Shown in pieces: positions 27,751 to 41,414 of a stretch of DNA of 64,000 nt (positions are counted from its first letter, which is position 1; each line of letters begins with the position of its first letter). The stretch is from contig JAQGDQ010002379.1 in the NCBI GenBank assembly GCA_030141605.1, forward strand, positions 186,001 through 250,000. Reading direction: 5' to 3'. Below the pieces are notes generated by a model that made no database searches, was not told the origin of the DNA, and saw only the letters and a program-made list of their open reading frames with translations. A program made the translations under genes and the position numbers. The stretch comes from Tubiluchus corallicola (Eukaryota; Animalia; Priapulida).

Positions 27751-28859
27751 CACAGGCTGCTCAGTGGTGATAGTGGTGATACAATATCAAAATTGAGTTA
27801 ATTAATTCCACTACGAAGTATACTCACTTTGCATCTAGCGATAAAGCTTAATCAAGACGCAAAAAGCTTCTCAAAATGTGGAAAAAAGCGTCAATTATTT
27901 GACAGTTCATCTCATTTCGAGCAACTTGACTTTACGACAAACATTTTTCGATTTTCGACTTTCGAGAACAAATAACAAATCACTTCTAGCCGCACTTCAC
28001 AGCGATAAACCCTAAAAACCGGTGTTAAAACGCCGAGATGTCGGCGGTCTATACTTTACACGTCGGCGCGATGAAACCTGTCAATTTTTGCGTCGTTACG
28101 TCCTTTGCGCTCAGAGAGCAAAACGAAACTCACGTGGTAGCAGTTAAGTTCGAGATTGGCTTCATATAACCTTACCATTAGAGCAGTTCCTCGTGTGTTG
28201 CGTGTTAATTACTGCGAAGTATGCAGGGGTGGCAAACAGTGCGCGCAATCTCTGCAGTAACAGTAACTGTGTAACTCGGGGCAATCAAAGGTCAAGCTAA
28301 TCTCAAAATTATGTTTTTTTAGATTCTACACGCATTCTTTGTCGGCTTGCTTCATTAATAACCTTGATTTTAGCGCTCACTTTAATACTCCTTGTTTAAC
28401 ATCGCTGTAAATAAGGTTACACGCACAAATTAGAAAAGCTAATTACAGAATGCGTAACATGTAATATTGTAGAATTCACTCTAGTATCTATGTAAAATTT
28501 TTTAATAGTTGTACAGAAATTTTTGCCTGCAAAAAAGGCTAATAAAGACTTATCATCATCATCATTTTGTCGGACTGCCATTAATATGCCAGCCAAATTG
28601 CCAATGTATAGTAGGGCTAGGTTAGTTCTGCTAGTAGTGTAAACTCTTAAAGAGGTTTAGAAACGTTTTAGTCGGCCAAAAACAAAAATCCTTTTTTCAG
28701 GCTGGTGACAGTCTATTATCGAGATATGCTGGCAATATAAATTCTTACATAAAAGGGTTTGAACTGGCAATAGCCAAATGTCCTTTTTAAGCAGTTGAGT
28801 TAATTACTATGATTAGCAGCATAAAGCTGCCACAAAGAACGTCAGGACGTTGAGACATT

Positions 28860-28876
28860 CAGACAGACAGACATTC

Positions 28877-28921
<45 letters not shown>

Positions 28922-28950
28922 AACAGACAGACAGACAGACAAACAGACAG
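28860..28950. repeat. (CAGA)n microsatellite
   Basis: Direct observation. Confidence 0.92.
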
Positions 28951-29363
28951 AATATAAACACAGAATGAGTTGACATAAATATAATGCACGGATAGGAGGA
29001 CGCAAAACATATTTTACATAAATATTAGATCTGTCAAAAAAGCTCAGTTTAATGCAAGAGTTGTTAGGTCAGCCGCCCTGATGCGCGCGATGAAAAAAAA
29101 TCGCATATGCATGAGAAGAAAAAGGGAGCAAAGAAGTCATTGGTCGTTTGCCACATACGTTAGACATTACATGCAGTTTTGTTGAGTTTGGCTTTTCAGC
29201 TGGCGGTGAATTACTATTGTCCATTGTGCACACTTAGCGTGACCTTCCTAGCAAATTGAAAGTTGATATTGCAATACAAAAGCCGTAACGTAATCTTGTA
29301 CTACAGGTTATCTTCTTTGCACAGACTGAATAGGAAGCTACAACGTACAAGTTGCAGGCTTAA

Positions 29364-29940
29364 AGGGAAACAGGATGATTTTTCATATACTACCCCATTT
29401 TCAAGTACGGCAAGTAGTATACTTTTTAACAGGTGCAAAAGCATTTCTGATAAATAATATATTAAAATCTTAATTAACGGCGGGCGAGCCTAACAAGTGA
29501 TGACATCAACATCTAACATAATTTTTAACATCAAAAACATTCGCTGAGCGCATGCTTCCGAAAGCGAAAATTGAAGTACAGTGCTACTGTAAGAGATTCA
29601 GTGTGTTGTAGTAAAACTCGGCAAGTTTTAAGATAAAAATTCAAATTTCAAATTTACCGCTGTACACACGCAAGAGCTGTCGAACGTGTAGATTTCGTCA
29701 CAAATTAGCACATCCGAACTGAGAGGCACAGCACCTGTTTTTTCTGCAACTCTTTCCGAAATGCAGGCGCTAGTGCCCGTCCAACTAGCGAATGGCGAAA
29801 TGTATGTAACAGCGAAAAGCTGGTGGCGCCAACGCGAAATTGTGTTTGTGTGGTAATAATTCTTTCGCGTAAGTCATTTTTGAAAAAAAATAGTATGTTA
29901 TTGTTTTGACTTACAGTTTAACATTGGGTCCGGTTTTGCT
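29364..29940 (+). mobile_element. Kolobok-like element, full-length copy
   Basis: TTAA|AGGGAAACAGGATGATTTTTC ... GGGTCCGGTTTTGCT|TTAA. Confidence 0.78.
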
Positions 29941-30805
29941 TTAAAAGGAGCTTAACAATGTAAAGCCCTTAGAGCGGTGGTCAAAACCTGATGGTCCAGC
30001 GTTGACCTAGCTCACAGTGCTGATCAAGGTTTTTTAACTTGTGTTAAGCCAATTAACATTTTGTTAGTAGATTCTCGCCCCTTGATGTTTTAATCTGGCC
30101 TTGACTTAGTCTGATATTTGGACTTGAACTGGGTTAGGTATAGGTGGGTGCCAGTAATATTTCAATTAACTTTAGTTTCAGCTATGTCGTTGCTGACAAG
30201 TCTTCTTGAATAATAACGTTGATCCCCTGATAAAAGAGAGGTCTGCTACATTTCACGTACACGAAGCCTCTGCAGAGTTGGCCACTTTCCAAATGGCGCT
30301 CCAGCACTCAGCGACAGGTCCTACTATATGTACATGTTTGTGGCGAGACCGGTGCATAGCTCGTTATCAAAGATTAAATATTAGTTAGATTATTGAGTGA
30401 GATTATTAGTGACCACACAGCTAATAATCACACCCTCTACACCAGCTTTACTTATCTAGCTGCTTTTAAACACGTTAAGTGATGTTTTTCAAAGTTTATC
30501 CTCACAAAATCGTCTGACATGATGATGTAAAATGTTATGACATGCTGTAAGTTAAGTTATACTTTTAAGGCCACGTATCCACTAAAAGTACAAACAGACA
30601 CGCACAGAAACAAATTTTTTCCTTCTGACATTTTCTGCTGCAAAAACTGCATCAGCTAAGCACGCGCGCAACGCAAGAAAGCTTGAAAATAAATCTGATA
30701 TGTGGCTGAAATACTGTTAGAACAAAATATAATTTTTTTACTCTAAAAAACTTTTAATGTTGTGGTAAGAAAGGGTTCAAACAATCTTTGAAAAAAGAGC
30801 AAAAT

Positions 30806-31142
30806 AAGTAAACATTATAAGTTGTACAAGACGAAAACAAAACTAATATATTCGTTAGTCAAAGTAAACATTATAAGTTGTACAAGACGAAGAGAAAACT
30901 AATATATTCATTAGTCAAAGTAAACATTATAAGTTGTACAAGACAAAGAGAAAACTAATATATTCATTAGTCAAAGTAAACATTATAAGTTGTACAAGGC
31001 AAAGAGAAAACTAATATATTCATTAGTCAAAGTAAACATTATAAGTTGTACAAGGCAAAGAGAAAACTAATATATTCATTAGTCAAAGTAAACATTATAA
31101 GTTGTACAAGACAAAGAGAAAACTAATATATTCATTAGTCAA
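30806..31142. repeat. 56-bp minisatellite, 6 copies
   Basis: AGTAAACATTATAAGTTGTACAAG starts at 30807, 30863, 30919, 30975, 31031 and 31087. Confidence 0.95.
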
Positions 31143-31314
31143 CGCCTAGTTTAGAGAAACCATTTGTTACTGCATTAAAGTATTTTAAATTTATACAATA
31201 AACTTGTTATGGAGCCTTACAGCTGTTAGGTATTTGGACTAGTTGCTTATTATTTGAAATTTTCGTTTTTCATGTACATGTTAAGTGTGTAGAATATTAA
31301 AAAGAATAATCTAC

Positions 31315-31790
31315 GTAATACTTTACACACAAAGCTATGTTGTTTATCGTAACCTGCTTGAGAGACTTACGTAAGTAGAAACGAAAATTCTTACTGTAAT
31401 TTAAAATGCTCGCGCCAACTGGTTAAATGTCACTGACTCACCTTCCCAATGTGCACCACTGACTCACAAAAAACGTATTTTTAGTCTTAGTGTGAAGATA
31501 CAACAATTTATCTTTTTGCTTAATGGTGAAGTGTGCTCTACGAATGCTCTGACTATTTTTCAAATTCTACGCAATGTTATATAAACTTGTTTCAAACGAC
31601 TTACTGTCAAAATGGCTGCTCTTAACGGTCTCATTGCGGAAGGTTAAATTTACAAGTTTTGCACAGCATTGCTTCTAATACAAGCTGTATGAGTTATAAG
31701 GCAATACGTAGGTGATACAAAATTTCAAAACGAATTTTTTTCACCTTTATAAATGTAATGGTTTTTCTTGTGTTTTAAATGCACGTTATG
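31315..31790 (+). mobile_element. Unclassified dispersed repeat family, copy 3
   Basis: Homologous to 7440-8260 and 25730-26175. Confidence 0.7.
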
Positions 31791-31935
31791 CATAAAAGTA
31801 AATGAATGGATTTAGGCCGTAACTTTACGTACCGAGCTACATGTATAGGTTTTTCCTGTAGAAGGCATGCTGGTGTGACACTTTTCTTCTGGTTAAAGCC
31901 GGACATAAATATTCAATTACCTATTTATTTTAATG

Positions 31936-32398
31936 TCATCTCATCTCATCTCACCTCATCTCATCTCATCGCATCTTCTCTCCTCTCCTCTCATTGCATT
32001 TCGTCTCACCTCACCTCACCTCAACTCAACTCACCTCATCTCATCTCAATTTACCTCACTTCATCTCATTTCATCTCATCTGATCTCAACTGATCTCATT
32101 TCACCTCACCTCATTTCATCTCATCTCATTCCATCTCAACTGATCTCATTTCACCTCACCTCATTTCATCTCATCTCATTCCATCTCAACTGATCTCATT
32201 TCACCTCACCTCACCTCATCTCATTTTATCTCATCTCACCTCATCTCAACTCATTTCACTTCACCTCACTTCACCTCACTTCATCTCATCTCATCTCATC
32301 TCATTTCACCTCACCTCACCTCACCTCATCTCATCTCATCTCATCTCATCTCATTTCGTCCCACCTCACCTCACCTCATCTCATCTTGTCTTACCTCA
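31936..32398. repeat. (CTCAT/CTCAC)n pentamer satellite
   Basis: Direct observation. Confidence 0.93.
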
Positions 32399-33020
32399 AT
32401 AGATTTTTTGTACAACGTGTCATAATACATACACACATTAAGCAATATAAATTTATATATATAAGCAGAATTAATCAACAAAGAAATATTTTAAAACTTG
32501 CTGTTTTGAATTAAATTGGCTCAGAGTCATTATTGCACTGCGTGGTCTCTGTAAGGAATTAGAGGGGTTTCTGCGGTTCCGTGGATATGCGCATTCATAC
32601 ATATGCAAATTTTGTGATGAAAACTGAGAGTCTTTGCGGACTATTGCGAGCGCAGTGGATACGCACCCTAAGTTATGCTGATATTATCCTTGAATTATTG
32701 GGCCGCATTAAACAGGAAGGCTTGTCCACATCACGACATGATTGATCAAGATTATTGACCAAGATTATCATTTTCACAACACTGAAATTACACGGAGCGT
32801 GAAACCCTTTGAAATCGAGCAACAATACAGCTCCTATCACGCACGGTAATAATTAAAGTGGGAGAGAAGAAATTGGATGAAACATCTCAAACTTCCATCA
32901 AGAAAAGTTGAGCATTTCGTCCTTGAGTCTTGTCAGGTGGTTATTAATCTTCCTGAGCTGATCTCAGTCACAAAAGTGCAATGACAAAATATAGCAATCA
33001 TTCTGCAAGCGACACCCACA

Positions 33021-33558
33021 CAGTGGTGGATTTAGGACAGGGCCACTGGGGTTGCTGCTCCGGGGCTTCCACGTAAGAGGGTCCTCCATAATGTGCATAT
33101 AATCAAGTTCATTTACTACACATTGTTGACTTTAATTAACTAAATTTATGATAAAACAATAATAACAATCATGACTGACTGACTAGCTGGCTGGCTGGCT
33201 GACTGTCTGACTGACAGACTAACTGACTGACTGACTCATTGACTCACTCACTCACTGATTTGATTTAACTATTTATTTCGAACTGACTGACTGACGGACT
33301 GCCTGCCTGCCTGACTTACTGATTGACTAACTAACTAAATGAATGAATGAATGACTTTTTGGATATTTACACATTTTACTTACTTTCTTAGACTTAAGTT
33401 AATCAGCCATTAGCGATATGTCATCAAAGGATTCAAAATTGCTAAAAAATACAATAAAGAGGCGTTTGGCGGACTGTGCTATGAGAGCTTACATCACTCA
33501 CCCAGATGCTCTATAACCGGTTGCTCTGGGACGCCTACATTTCTTAATTCAATCTGTG
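33021..33558 (+). mobile_element. Degenerate hAT-like MITE containing a (GACT)n array
   Basis: Starts CAGTGGTGGATTTAGG; repeated TTGCT(G)CTC(C)GGG subterminal motif; no TSD recognised. Confidence 0.4.
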
Positions 33559-35909
33559 CTCACGAGACGCTAACCAACACCTTACAGAGACAATTTGGGA
33601 TACCTATTTTTGCATAACGCCGTGACTGACCTAATGTACAAACTATCGATAATTTGCAGCCATTTTAAACATTAAGGTGCGTCTTAAATACGATAAATAA
33701 TTCAAAGATGCATTCATCTTAAACCGCCACCTCCAAATAGTGCACATATTAGAATTAGAATTTCGTGAAGATACAATTGCACTTACTTCTGCTTCCATAC
33801 ACTGCGTGGTCATCTAGAATCTCATTGACTTAACACGATGGGTAGATGATAAAAGATATATGTTCGTCCACAAATGCACGTTCTTTACATTTAGCACATG
33901 GCTTCATCAGCATTCTTAACTTCTACTTCAACTAGGTAGCGAAAATGCGATTGGTTGACATTATTAAAGGAATCATGATAGTGAGGTAACTTTTTATTTG
34001 CATGTCTATTAAACTTCGTTCATTAGAAAAACAAATAACCGTTCACAAATACAAATATTATCGATGTATAAACGTTATTTGTACACAGTCCATCTTGGCG
34101 CGAGTGAATCATGAGAGTACGCTGCACAAAATTACTTGCCTCTGTCGTGGGATAAACTTGTTTCAAAATTGAAGCCAAGTCAAGCTTAACCGGCTTATCA
34201 CTTGCACTGCCTATTGGTCGCCACTAGTTAAAGTTGAGTAAACAAACACAAGTTTATAATGTCAGCTAAAACTTTCAGTATGGAGGAAGTTTTTATTCAA
34301 CAAAAAAACGATTAGCATGTAACAGAAATTATTTAGGACAAGTGTACAGCTGAAAATGTATGTATTATGCGAACATCGGATAATTCGTACAAGCGCATCG
34401 TTCGTATTAACCGAAGTTATGCTTGTGCCGCCATAGTCTTTAATTACAGCTTGCATTTCGTGCAGATTTGCTTTTTTGGATACTGCATGTTGTTTCTGAT
34501 GTGTCATCACGATTGTTTATCATATTACAAAAGTTGCTAAACAAGCGCCACCTTGCTGTAACCTTGGGTGTTACGTAAACTTAGCACATAGAAAATTCAG
34601 CGCACAAAGGGTTAGAATGACAATGGATGTTAAAACGACACCCAATTAGCGTGACACTTGAGACCCAAAACTCAATTACCTGCAGACTAAGTTCAAGTGA
34701 CAACTCTCAATTAACAGAGGATGTTTTTAACTTAGAAACGTTTTTTAAAGCTTTTGTTCTGAAATATCTAACACTCTGAGGAGATTTTGTCAGACAATAA
34801 TATCAGTAATTCGATGAACAGATAATAAATTTACACTACTGGATGTTGTCTTAATTTACTTTGGCAAAATTTGGCTGTGCACCACAGAGTCCTGTGACAG
34901 TGGAAGCTATTACAGCGGTCTCCTCCAGAAAGGAGAGGAGCGTCATTTCCAGTGAGGGACTTCTCTTATACGAGCATCATAAAGAACATCATTAAAGAAA
35001 GCAAGCTGTGCTTCAATAAAAACAAACTTTATTAAGAAGACTTGGTCAGAAGTTAGATGCTCAGGTTCGCTTATTTTCGTTTTCTACTCCCGCCCTAGAA
35101 TCTCTCTTGAATAAGTCCATTTATTTACAGCTGTGCTGCAAGACTTACCAGCTGAAAAATCAGAAATCACCAAGACAACATGGTGATTGTGGAAAGTGCT
35201 ATTTTTGGTGAGATGCGCTCCATGCATGGAGGTTAGTGAGACATAGGATGTTTGTAAGAATTAAAAGCGTCTGTAGAACATGTGTTTATCAGTAAGAGAT
35301 TGCCACTTCATTTTCTGTATACATAATAACACCAAAATTATGTGTTTATTTATATTTACGTAATACAAATTACAGTGATAAAATAATTTCTCAGTTACTA
35401 AAGTAAATTATGCATGCAAACTACAGACGATATTACGATAAATAAAAAGTTAAAACTGGCTGAAATATATGGTGAAATGTGCCAATATCGTACACGTCGG
35501 ACAATTCGTTTTAGGCTTTTACAGAATATAACAAGATAGTATAGACACTCTTTTTCCTTCCTTCCTTTTCCACCCTTTCATTAGTAAAAGAGAAGAAAAA
35601 CAGAGTTTATTCCACTTTGTTATTTTTGGTACAACCTTGAAGCTCACTGTTCGATATTAGCCCAATATTTTACCCAATATAATTTTATAAAGCATTAAAA
35701 CGATTCTGCATTAAATTACGGTAAGATTAAACAAAGAATAAAAAGAAAATGTGTCTCAAATGTGAGCCCTTTCTTTAGGCCGTCCCTAGCAGAAGTGAAT
35801 GCTTGACTGAGATTCATTTATTTACACTCTATGAATGAATGTCTTTGTGCACGAGTTACAGGAAGCTGTAACTCGTTAAAACGTAAAACGTTAAAAATGA
35901 AAACTTTAG

Positions 35910-36820
35910 AAAACTAAATACAATGCAAAACTACGCACTTAGATTAATTCATGGCTCCTCTAACAAAACTGCTAAACAACATGCTGCTTCTGCAACAAGC
36001 TTAAGAGCGTCCGCAAAAATACCAATATCAGAAGCCTATCGAGATTACAAAACACTGATATTTCTTTATAAATATATCAATAAACTGAGCATTCCATTTA
36101 TAAACAATCCCTTAGCATTCATTCCTGATACCACTTTAAACAATAGAACACACAATTTAAAGCAAATTACAGTAAACAATAAATTTGGAAATAACTCTAT
36201 ATCAAAACAGGCCATACATTTATGGAACTTACTACTCAGTGACATAAAACTAATAGAATCTCTCCACCAATTTAAAAAGAAATTAAAAGAATATCAATAT
36301 AACAGGTGTCAAGTTCCACATTGTGCATCTGATACTAATTACACAGACTCAACTTTCATCTACCCCCGCCCCTGACTCCATAAAACGATTAAAAAAGTAA
36401 AATTTTTAAAAAATTATGTAATGTAATACGTGTTACGTCAGTTTTGTAATGTCAAATGTAAAAATAGTGAAAGTAATGAGTTAACATTAACAAAATGTAA
36501 TGAGTGAAATTTATGTAATGTAAAGCATGTTTCTGTTGTGTCATGAAAAATGTATATATGTGTAAAATATGTCATGTAAAATTTAATGTACTTTTGTAAT
36601 ATTGTTTTGTAAAAATATTTTAATATTGTGTTTGTAAATATGTTCATTTATTGCATATAATTAGGCCTTAGTTTTGCACTTTAGTTTTTTTTTTAGTCTG
36701 CACTGGACGCATTTGTCTTGAACAGTGTTGTTATTTTAACATTACGCTGAGGATTACTCAATTTTATTATAATGAGTGAGCCATTTTAATGACAAATAAA
36801 GAATTAATATATATATATAT
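35910..36820 (+). mobile_element. 5'-truncated CR1/L2-type LINE (RT C-terminus, AT-rich 3' UTR, AATAAA and (AT)n tail)
   Basis: ORF 35923-36375 contains QNYALRLI...FLYKYIN...KFGNNSISKQAIHLWNLLLSDIKLIESLHQFKKKLK, the classic WN.L...IK...S...FK..LK LINE motif. Confidence 0.85.
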
Positions 36821-37909
36821 AAGCCATGTGATTTTGGCAATTGTTTTGTTGGAGAAAAATGTTACAAATAATCCGCTTTACGTTCATTTTCTGGTAATCT
36901 CTAATAATAGCCTAGGACGCCAAAGTTTGAGGAGCGTCACGTTTTAGACAAAATTCTTATTCTCCTCGGAAAATGTGCATACTTTCATATTCATGTAAAC
37001 GGCGCATGTTATAACACACCACAGGCAGTTACTCATCTCCCCTTCTATATATGTACCACATAACAAACAGATGCAAGGTATTACACAACAAACAGTTGCG
37101 CAATTGCACGAATATAAACGCTGTGCAAATACACATAAATAAGAATGATCACGTAGAAACTAGGTTAATAGTGTTTCTAATACACCACAAGTAATTGTTT
37201 AATCTGCTCATTGCATTAACAGCCACAAATTCACAATAGAGATGGGCAGCACAGAACTAGGGCGTCGCAAAGTCTTGATACGCCCCTGCTAATAGCGCAG
37301 GTACTCAACGAAAAAAGTAGTTACTAGAATAGCAATCTCATGTAAATTATAGAGACATATAAAAACATGCGATAAACTGATTTGAGGAAAGCAGGAATAA
37401 TGGTGATCTTGTCATGGAACTTGGGATATATAAGAACGCTAACGCTGTTGTTTGAAATTTCCTTAATGTCTGCTGTTCGTGTAACACTGGCGTGGCTCTT
37501 TGATATCGATTATTTGCAAGTTACCACATGGACGTGGATCGTCTTGTGTTTTTGTTTGCGGAGTTTTTTTTTGTTTGCTTGCTTCAAATTTTTGCTCACT
37601 GTTTGTAAGTTGGTTTTCTTAACTCAAATAGCAAATGCTCGTGGCCCAGAACGTTTAAAAAATTTTATGTGAAAAACTACAAAACCAAACGCCAAAAAAA
37701 TGTTTCACGTATTAAATAACTTGTAAATGTGTTTGGGCAACATTCCGGGGATTTTTCCTTGCACAAGTAAGATGCTGGAAAGCAAACACAAGTATACGTA
37801 GATGATTTTAAGTTATTTTCATTAATGGAAATGCGTTCTGCAGGCTTTGCTATTTATTACATGCAGAAATGGGATGTTTTGTGTGTCAGTGCAAAACCAG
37901 AGACCTCTC

Positions 37910-38479
37910 TGTTGATGTTGTTGTTGTTGGCATTTTTCTGTCTCGGAAGACAATGGAGTGTGCGCTAAGAGAGTCAGTTATTGATCACATTGATGGAGCT
38001 GCAGCGTCGACTGTGGCTGAGCAGTCCGATCCTTGAACCACTGGAGTGGCTTCTCCAGGGCGCACGCCTGGGTAAGGTGTATGGAGATCCTGAGTTGCCC
38101 AGACAACAGGAACCCCTCTCTTCCTCCCTGGTGTAGTGCAGAGAAAGCAGAGCGATACGTTTAGTACTAGGTTGACTGCAGGAGGTGCCGGAGTCAGTGA
38201 GCATGCTGCATTGGTCCGCCTTCGGGGCTCCACTCCTGATTTGGAAGGTTTACTCCTCTACACATGGCCGTTGGGTCTCTTGACCTCCTCCGCCCTCTAA
38301 CCGTTGGCTGCTTGTGCAGCTCCTCCGCCTAGTGTCGAGATACAGTGTGCGCATCCCGCAAGCCTACAGCACCTGATATTCCTAGGCGGTCACCTATCCA
38401 AGTACTAACCAGGCTCTACGTTGTTTAACTTCGGTGATCAGACGAGAACCGGTGTTTTCAACGTGATTTCGCCGTAGTC
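37910..38479 (-). mobile_element. 5S rRNA-headed SINE (SINE3 type): 5S head, GC-rich body, (CAA)n tail
   Basis: A full 5S-like head runs directly into a ~430-nt GC-rich body that ends ...GAGACAGAAAAATGCCAACAACAACAACATCAAC. No TTTT occurs on the transcribed strand until just past the tail (37893-37896). Confidence 0.75.
38361..38479 (-). pseudogene. 5S rRNA: 5S rRNA-derived sequence (119 nt; SINE head or pseudogene)
   Basis: Minus strand GACTACGGCGAAATCACGTTGAAAACACCGGTTCTCGTCTGATCACCGAAGTTAAACAACGTAGAGCCTGGTTAGTACTTGGATAGGTGACCGCCTAGGAATATCAGGTGCTGTAGGCT matches invertebrate 5S with roughly ten substitutions; no oligo-T terminator; solitary copy. Confidence 0.92.
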
Positions 38480-40354
38480 ACAGAGACATATAGAGATCTC
38501 TCTATTTCCGTAGCAAAACGTTTGTTTCTGCGGCAAAACTGTGTGCTAGCCATCTATCGTAAATGTCGAATGAAAATAAAATATTTTTTATGATTTGTTT
38601 CTGTTTTTAAAATTTTCTTCATTTTTCAAACTTTTATAGTCATTTAAAGACTTTACAAGCAAGATTCGATACATTCGAAACGCAGCGTTCAATTTTGTAA
38701 AGGTTAATTGGGCCCTGTAAAGCTATTTGACTTGCAGTGTGTCCACCTCCAGGGAAATTCCTCAGATTGAGATGACATTGACTGAACTAGTCCTATTCGA
38801 AATACAGCTACAGGCTGGCCTGTGATTAGATATGGACACAGGCTATTGTTTCATAGAAATGGCTTCTATTTCGCTCTAAGACGAGTCAATAATTTGAAAT
38901 GAAAAGGCGAGTTTTGCGCCCTAAAGCACAAGTGGGCTTTCAAATTTTATCTCTGCATCCACTCACCGCCCCCTTGTAATTTCAGTAACTCCCTCTTGAG
39001 TGAGGCGGGATGTCATTTGGATGAGTAATCCTTGACATTCTTACATGAAGTTGCCTCAATTAAATCACCCGTATGTGGAAACTGTACACAAATCCAAGAC
39101 ATATACATACTGCCTACTAAAATTAAACGGCTACCTGTATGTAATTAAGTGATCGTCTGCAATTAATTTGTCCACGTTTAATTGCTGACAATCAAGTAAT
39201 ACTCTTACGCTCACGTGTAAAGGGTTCACCAAATAATAGGCGACCTCGTACCGGAAAAGACCGTAATAGATTAAAGCCGACAAAACCATGAAAAGAATCA
39301 CTTAATTCTGAATAAAGAACGTGCACTTGTTTTAATAACCTATATTGTCGCCATTCGTAGCTCTGGTGGCGACTAATCGACGTCGGGTACACAGTCACCG
39401 GAATTTCTCAATGAGACTGCTGTTATGACTCATTTCCTCAGCAACTTTGTTGAATTTGTTATTTCTGAGGATAAAAAGTAGGATAAAATTTAGAAAATAG
39501 ATTACAATATTAGAAAAAACACCGAAACATTTATATTATATCTACTTCTAGTTCTAGTAACTTCTGTGCCTAGTGCGTTCAACGTTTCTTGCCCATACCA
39601 GTACTTTCAACAATTTAATTCAATTCTTCTTTGTTTCTGTAAAAGAAATTGCACACAGAGACCCATAGAGAAATTACTGTGGTAAGACTACAGAAACCCA
39701 CAAGTTGTTCATATATTTAAGACGTCAGCAAAAATTCAGCCACTGTATGCAGTGATATCTCTCTCACTTAATTTTAACGATGGTGAATACAGGTAATTTC
39801 ATTACAATTTCTATACAAACTAAAAACTGTGAAAGTAAAGAAAACCGGGAAACTGTCATTTGCTCGCAGGACACGTGTCTAATGCGAGTAACGAAATGTG
39901 AAGCATTGTTAGTGATGCTTAGTTAGGCTCATTCAGCTTGACAACAGGAGTTGCGTTGTTTCGTGAGCAAATAAATCCAATTTAGAGGCACTAGAAAGGT
40001 CGTTGAAGTCAATCGTCCATCGTGTTTCATGACCATTGTCAGGCTGCCTACTTTAATGCCGTTTTCATTTCATGTCAATCTTTAATGTCGTAGAAATTTT
40101 TACGGCATCTCAAAAAAAAACTTGAGAACATTTTACTAACATCTTAAGAAACTGAAGAGTTTCTATTAACTCATCGTAAATGATTTTCGTAACTCATCAT
40201 AAATAAATAAAATTGCAAGGATGTTTACTGGAGAAAGTGATTCGTTTTTGCACCTTCACGGGTCGTACAAATGTGCAAAAATTAAGTAGCTATTTAACCA
40301 TAAATATTTGTGATCAATTTAATTAAGAAAAAAAAACAAGCGAAAACTAGTTAA

Positions 40355-40958
40355 AGGAAAACAGGATGATTTTTCACATGCCGCCCTATATTTATAAGTA
40401 TACAGCAAAAAGTATACCGCATACATTTTAGCATCTATAATAATGCTAAAGTGTTTGTGATAATAAAATAATAGTTTAAAAACTTAACTGACGGCTGGAG
40501 ATACCAGCAAGCGATGACGTCAGAACTGAACACAGTTTTGTAACAGCCAAACATTCAACGAGCTTGATGCAAGTGTTTGCAAAAAACAGAAATGGAAGTA
40601 TAATGCTACTGTACAACATTGACTGTGGTACACAAAAAACTTGTCGAATTTATGTTTAAAACTTTAAAACTTAAAACCGCCGTGTTGTCATGCTATTTCA
40701 CCAAAAAAAGGTAATACGTCAGAACTGAACAGAGACGTACAGTGCTTGTTTTTTATGCAATGTGTTTTCGAGATGCAGATACTATGTCTATTTAACTACT
40801 GTAGCTAATGGCGCATGAACACCGAGCGCACGCAAAATTAAACTTTGGTGGTAATAATTCTTTTACGTAAGTCACATAAAAAAACAATTATGTGCACTTT
40901 TAATATTTTACACATTAGATTACTTTTAGCTATAGCTTAAGATTGGGTCCTGTCCCCT
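40355..40958 (+). mobile_element. Kolobok-like element, full-length diverged copy
   Basis: TTAA|AGGAAAACAGGA ... TCCTGTCCCCT|TTAA, with imperfect TIRs. Confidence 0.78.
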
Positions 40959-41414
40959 TTAAGGAAAGAGTTGACAATTCTTTTTTTGTCTCGCTTTAGT
41001 GCACTTAGAAACGAAACTACTCATTCATGCATTAATTTTAATTTTAACCAAATCTAGGCAGAATATTTTTAAGAATAACATACCGCATTGATAAGATATT
41101 ATTTGTTCTTGTTGCCATCTTTGTCGTGGTCGCGGTTGCGACTGCTGCTGCTATTGTTGTTATGTGTTGTTATTTCAAGTAAGCATTCTAGAGAATTCTC
41201 TGCCTTGGGACCAGTATGTGATCTCGCACATTATGTTAATTATGTAGAAATATCTGTAATCACGAACACGAAGCTAATTAATTACCATGCTGTATGTACC
41301 CAATAGAGCTATATTTATTCTGCATCCTATGTCCATGTATTTTTCAAACAAATTACTGCTTCATGAAATCTTATCATGGATAGTCCTTAAAATCCCTGCG
41401 TAAGTTTCTAAAAA

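Noticed and set aside
30806-31142. CRISPR-like array (also considered 20173-20418 and 48366-48774)
   Set aside because: Contiguous tandem units without unique spacers, no cas genes, eukaryotic context.
38361-38479. Functional 5S rRNA gene
   Set aside because: Solitary copy, several substitutions including in box C and stems, and no oligo-T terminator.
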